Below, in pieces: positions 60,356 to 64,000 of a DNA stretch of 64,000 nucleotides (position 1 is its first letter; each line of letters starts with the position of its first letter). The position numbers were made by a program, and so were the translations under genes. The notes beneath the pieces were generated by a model. It worked only from the letters and a program-made list of their open reading frames with translations. It did no database searches and was not told where the DNA came from. The stretch is from an uncultured delta proteobacterium (lineage in GTDB: Bacteria > Desulfobacterota > Binatia > Binatales > Binataceae): the NCBI GenBank assembly GCA_963710425.1, contig CAVQAR010000020.1, positions 105,941 through 169,940 of the forward strand, read 5' to 3'.

Positions 60356-63300
60356 TCAGCCGAGTACGATTTTCACCTGATGCGTGACGCCGTCGTCGGC
60401 GAGTTCGATTTGCGCTGGCCGTTGCGCGAGTAGTTTGCCGTCCAACTCGACGCTGCTCACTCCGCGACTGACGTTGTGCGGGTTGGTGACCGCGATTTCA
60501 TAGCGCGTCGATCCGTAGCGATAGACAATCTCGAAGCCCGGCCATTTTCGCGGGATGCATGGATCGATCACCAGCGTTTTGCCGCGGAGACGAAAGCCCA
60601 AAATCCATTCGAGGCCGGCACGATACATCCAACCCGCCGATCCCGTGTACCAAGTCCATCCGCCGCGACCGACGTGCGGCGGCATCGAGTAAACGTCGGC
60701 GCAGACGACGTAAGGCTCGACTTTGTAGCGATGGATTCCCGCGCGTGTGTTCGCATGATCGATCGGGTTCAGCATCGAGAAGAGATCGCCGGCCTTGTCG
60801 CCGTCACCGAGCATCGCAAATGCGATCACGGACCACATCGCGCCATGCGTGTACTGTCCGCCGTTCTCCCTGATGCCGGGTGGGTAGCCCTTGATATAGC
60901 CCGGGTCGAGCGGCGTGTGATCGAATGGCGGTGTGAACAGCAGCACGAGGCCGTCGTCGCGCTTGACCAGGTATTCATCGACCGAGGCCATCGCTGTGGC
61001 CGCGCGATCCGGGCTCGCCGCGCCGGAGATTACGCTCCACGACTGCGCTATCGAATCGATTCTGCATTCGAGATTGCCCGCTGAGCCGAGCGGCGAGCCG
61101 TCATCGAAATAACCGCGCCGATACCAGTTGCCGTCCCATCCATCGCGCTCGAGCGACGCCGCAAGCGCTGTCGAGTGTGCTCGCCACGTCGAAGCGCGTG
61201 CGTTGTCGTTGCGAATTTCCGCCAATGGCGCGAACAGTTGCAGCGTCGTGTAGAGGAACCATCCGAGCCAGACGCTCTCTCCCTTGCCCGCCTCGCCGAC
61301 GCGATTCATGCCATCGTTCCAGTCGCCCGACCCGAACAGCGGGATCCCATGGACGCCGACCGCGAGGCTTTGCGTCGAGACCGCGCGCGCAATGCTCGAA
61401 TAGCGTGCCGCTCTGCTCGGAAACCGTCGGCTGAAAAAACGATTCAACTTCGCCCGGATGCAGTTCCGGTCCGTCAAGGAATGGAATCTTTTCGTCGAGG
61501 ATGCCGGCGTCGCCCGTCGCCTCTATATAATGAGCGACCGCGTACGCCAGCCAGACTCGATCGTCGGCGATACGCGTGCGGACTCCTTGGCCCGCTGGCG
61601 GCAGCCACCAATGTTGCACGTCGCCGGCGACGAACTGGCGCGACGCCGCGCGAAGCAGGTGCTCGCGCGCAATCGAAGGCCGCGCCACCGTCAACGCCAT
61701 CACGTCCTGAAGCTGATCGCGAAAGCCGTACGCGCCGCTGGCCTGGTAAAATGCCGACCGCGCCAACACTCGGCACGCCAGCGTCTGATACAGCAGCCAG
61801 CGGTTGAGCATGATGTCCATCGAGCGGTCGGGCGTCTTGACCTGAACCGCGCCCAGCAAGTCGTCCCAGTATTGCTTGACCGTGGTCAGCGCCGAATCGA
61901 GATCGGCGGTGCGATATTTTTTATGGCGGCTATCGCATCGGCCCTGCTCGCCGCCTCGCCGAGAAGGAAACTGACTTCGGTCTCGGCGTTGGGCCGGAGA
62001 GAGATCGTCGTCTGCAGCGCGGCGCAGGGATCCATCGCGGCGCCGGATTTTGGGACGAGTCGATTGCCGGCGGCAAGTGCCGCGGGATTGTCGAGCGTGC
62101 CGTTACGGCCGAGAAAGCCGGTCCGGTCCGCGGTTGACGACGTTTGCTTGCCGCGCAAATCCGCGAAAGCGGTGCGGTTCCCGTATTCGACGCTGAAAGA
62201 ATTGCGCGCCAGTATCGCACGGGTCTCCGGCTCGATCTCCGTGACGATGTACGGTGCCGACGCGCCGCGCGACGTGCCCAGCACCCATTCCACGTATGCG
62301 GTTACCGACATTCGCCGCGCACGCGGCGAGAGATTGCGGATTTTCAGCGTCGAAATCTTGACCGAGTCGTCCACCGGCACGTATTGCGTCAGCTCGAGCG
62401 CGACGCCATGCGAGGTGTGCTCGAACACAGCTGTAGCCGTGCCCGTGACGCACGACGTAAGGCGCCGAATCCTCGCGGATCGGAAGCGCGGTCGGTCCCC
62501 ACAGCTCGCCGGTGTCGAGGTCCTGAACGTAGATCACCTCGCCGGGCCGGTCGCTGACCGCATCGTTCGACCATTGCGTAATCTGATGCTGCTGGCTGTT
62601 GATCGCCCACGTGTAGCCGCTGCCCTCGACCGAAACCTGGAAGCCGAACGATTGATTCGCGATCACGTTGATCCACGGCGCCGGCGTCCACTGCCCCTCG
62701 CCAAGGATCGTCACGTACTCGCGGCCGTCCTCGGCAAATCCGCCGAGACCGTTGAAAAATTCGAGCTCACGCCTCGGCGTCGAAGACGCGACTCGCTGCA
62801 TCGCGCGAGTCCGCCGCAGTGGCGGACTTGTCGCCGGTGCGAACATCTCCAACCGTTTGACTTGATCAGACAACCTGCCGCGGCGGCTCAGCAACACCGC
62901 CCGCGCCACCGTCTGCAACACGCTTCGAAGCTCGGCCGAAACCAGGTCGGCGCGCAGCACGAACACATTTCCGGGCGCACTCGCTCCCTCAGATCGTGTC
63001 GGAATAGTCCGGACCATGCCCTCGAGTGCGCCCTGCAATTCCTGATGGTACGACGGCGGTCGTTCGTTAACGATCACTAGGTCGACTCCCAGCCACTTCA
63101 TCCGCCAATATTCATGCGCGCGCACCAACTCGCGCACGATCTCCACATCCTCGATTTCGTCGATGCGAACCAACACGATCGGCAGATCGCCTGAAATGCC
63201 GGCCGGCCACAGCTTCGACTGTCCACCCTCGCCGCGCCGCAGCAGGTCGGACGAAGGCCGCAGCGTCGGATCGGAATACAGCACGCGATTGGCGATACGT

Positions 63301-64000
63301 TGAAAAAGATGCGCCTCGTCCGCATCGACGCGCAGATGATGCAATTGCACCTGCGCCTGCGTCCACGCGAGCGTCACCGCGCGCTCGAACGCGCTCGGGT
63401 CGCGATGCTTATCGACGAGGTCGAGTGCGTCGGCCCGCGTCGGCGCGATGATCGTCCAGAACGCGACGCGCGCGGTCGCCCCCGCCGGGATTCGCAGCCG
63501 CCGGCGAACGCTGAAGATCGGATCGAGCACTGTGCCGACGGTGTCCGACAGCGGACGTCCATCGATCACCGAAACAGCGTCGCAGACATCGCGGCCGCGC
63601 CCGAGAAATCGCGCGCGATCGGTCTCGAACTGAATCTCGCCCACCGACTCGCCCTCGGCCACCGCCAGATGCGCCGCCCAGACCGGCACTTCGTTCGGCG
63701 ACGCGTAGCCGCCGCGTCGCCAGTATCGCGCCAACCTCGGCGTCGAACTCCGTCTGCACGAACATCTTGGAGAATGCCGGATGCGCCGTGTCCGACGCCT
63801 CGGTCGCGAGCACGATTTCCGCGTACGAAGTCAGCTCGACTTCGCGGACGCGGTTGCCGAGATTCGAAATCGAGACGCGCCGCACTTCGGCGTTGTCCTC
63901 GGGCGACACCGCGACCTCGAGCGTCGTCGTCATGGTGCCGTCGCGCCGCACGATCACCGCGCGGTCCTCTGAGAACTCGACCTGGTAGCTGTCCGCCTCG
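60356..64000 (-). CDS. C-terminal part of a giant GH94-family (cellobiose/cellodextrin-phosphorylase-like, NdvB-type) multi-module protein; several frameshifts; continues beyond the window end
   Basis: ORFs 60356..61477, 61101..61859, 61886..62428, 62103..63734 and 63409..63957 each carry GH94 segments ([11 protein letters not shown] in the (alpha/alpha)6 barrel; repeated N-terminal beta-sandwich modules) and are co-oriented. Confidence 0.6.

Overview
High-GC (about 65%) bacterial contig with Gram-negative envelope genes (LptB, a BamA POTRA fragment, OmpA/Pal-like lipoproteins, GspC-like, SppA, DacC-like). From start to end it carries: murA and hisD-hisB-hisA; two tandem Flp-type pilin genes; a glyoxylate-reductase-like dehydrogenase; a fused ADP-forming acyl-CoA synthetase; sppA; two tandem near-identical OmpA-family lipoprotein genes with a 23-residue poly-proline linker; an acyl-ACP desaturase; a D-Ala-D-Ala carboxypeptidase; a plant-type gshA; an MFS/BT1-like transporter; secreted NHL/DUF1254-DUF1214/beta-barrel proteins; an IS5-family insertion sequence and a degraded IS481-family transposase; glpK and lptB. 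The 3' third (about 40.4-59.9 kb) is a large [NiFe]-hydrogenase locus with hypABCDEF (two hypC copies), a maturation protease, the large and small subunits of a Tat-less, probably group 1h/5 (Hhy-like) enzyme, several conserved hypothetical accessory genes and a regulatory module. That module comprises a sigma54 promoter, a receiver-less sigma54 activator and a REC-PAS response regulator. An orphan second small-subunit paralog is translationally coupled to a PAS-PAS-HWE histidine kinase. The window ends inside a giant NdvB-like GH94 gene on the minus strand. A family of GC-rich hairpin (REP-like) repeats with a TTAGGGGTTAGG-type tail punctuates the intergenic regions. At least twelve genes, including the essential murA and lptB, appear frameshifted, which more likely reflects indel errors in the assembly than true pseudogenes. 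Most of the listed antisense ORFs are artefacts of the high GC content.
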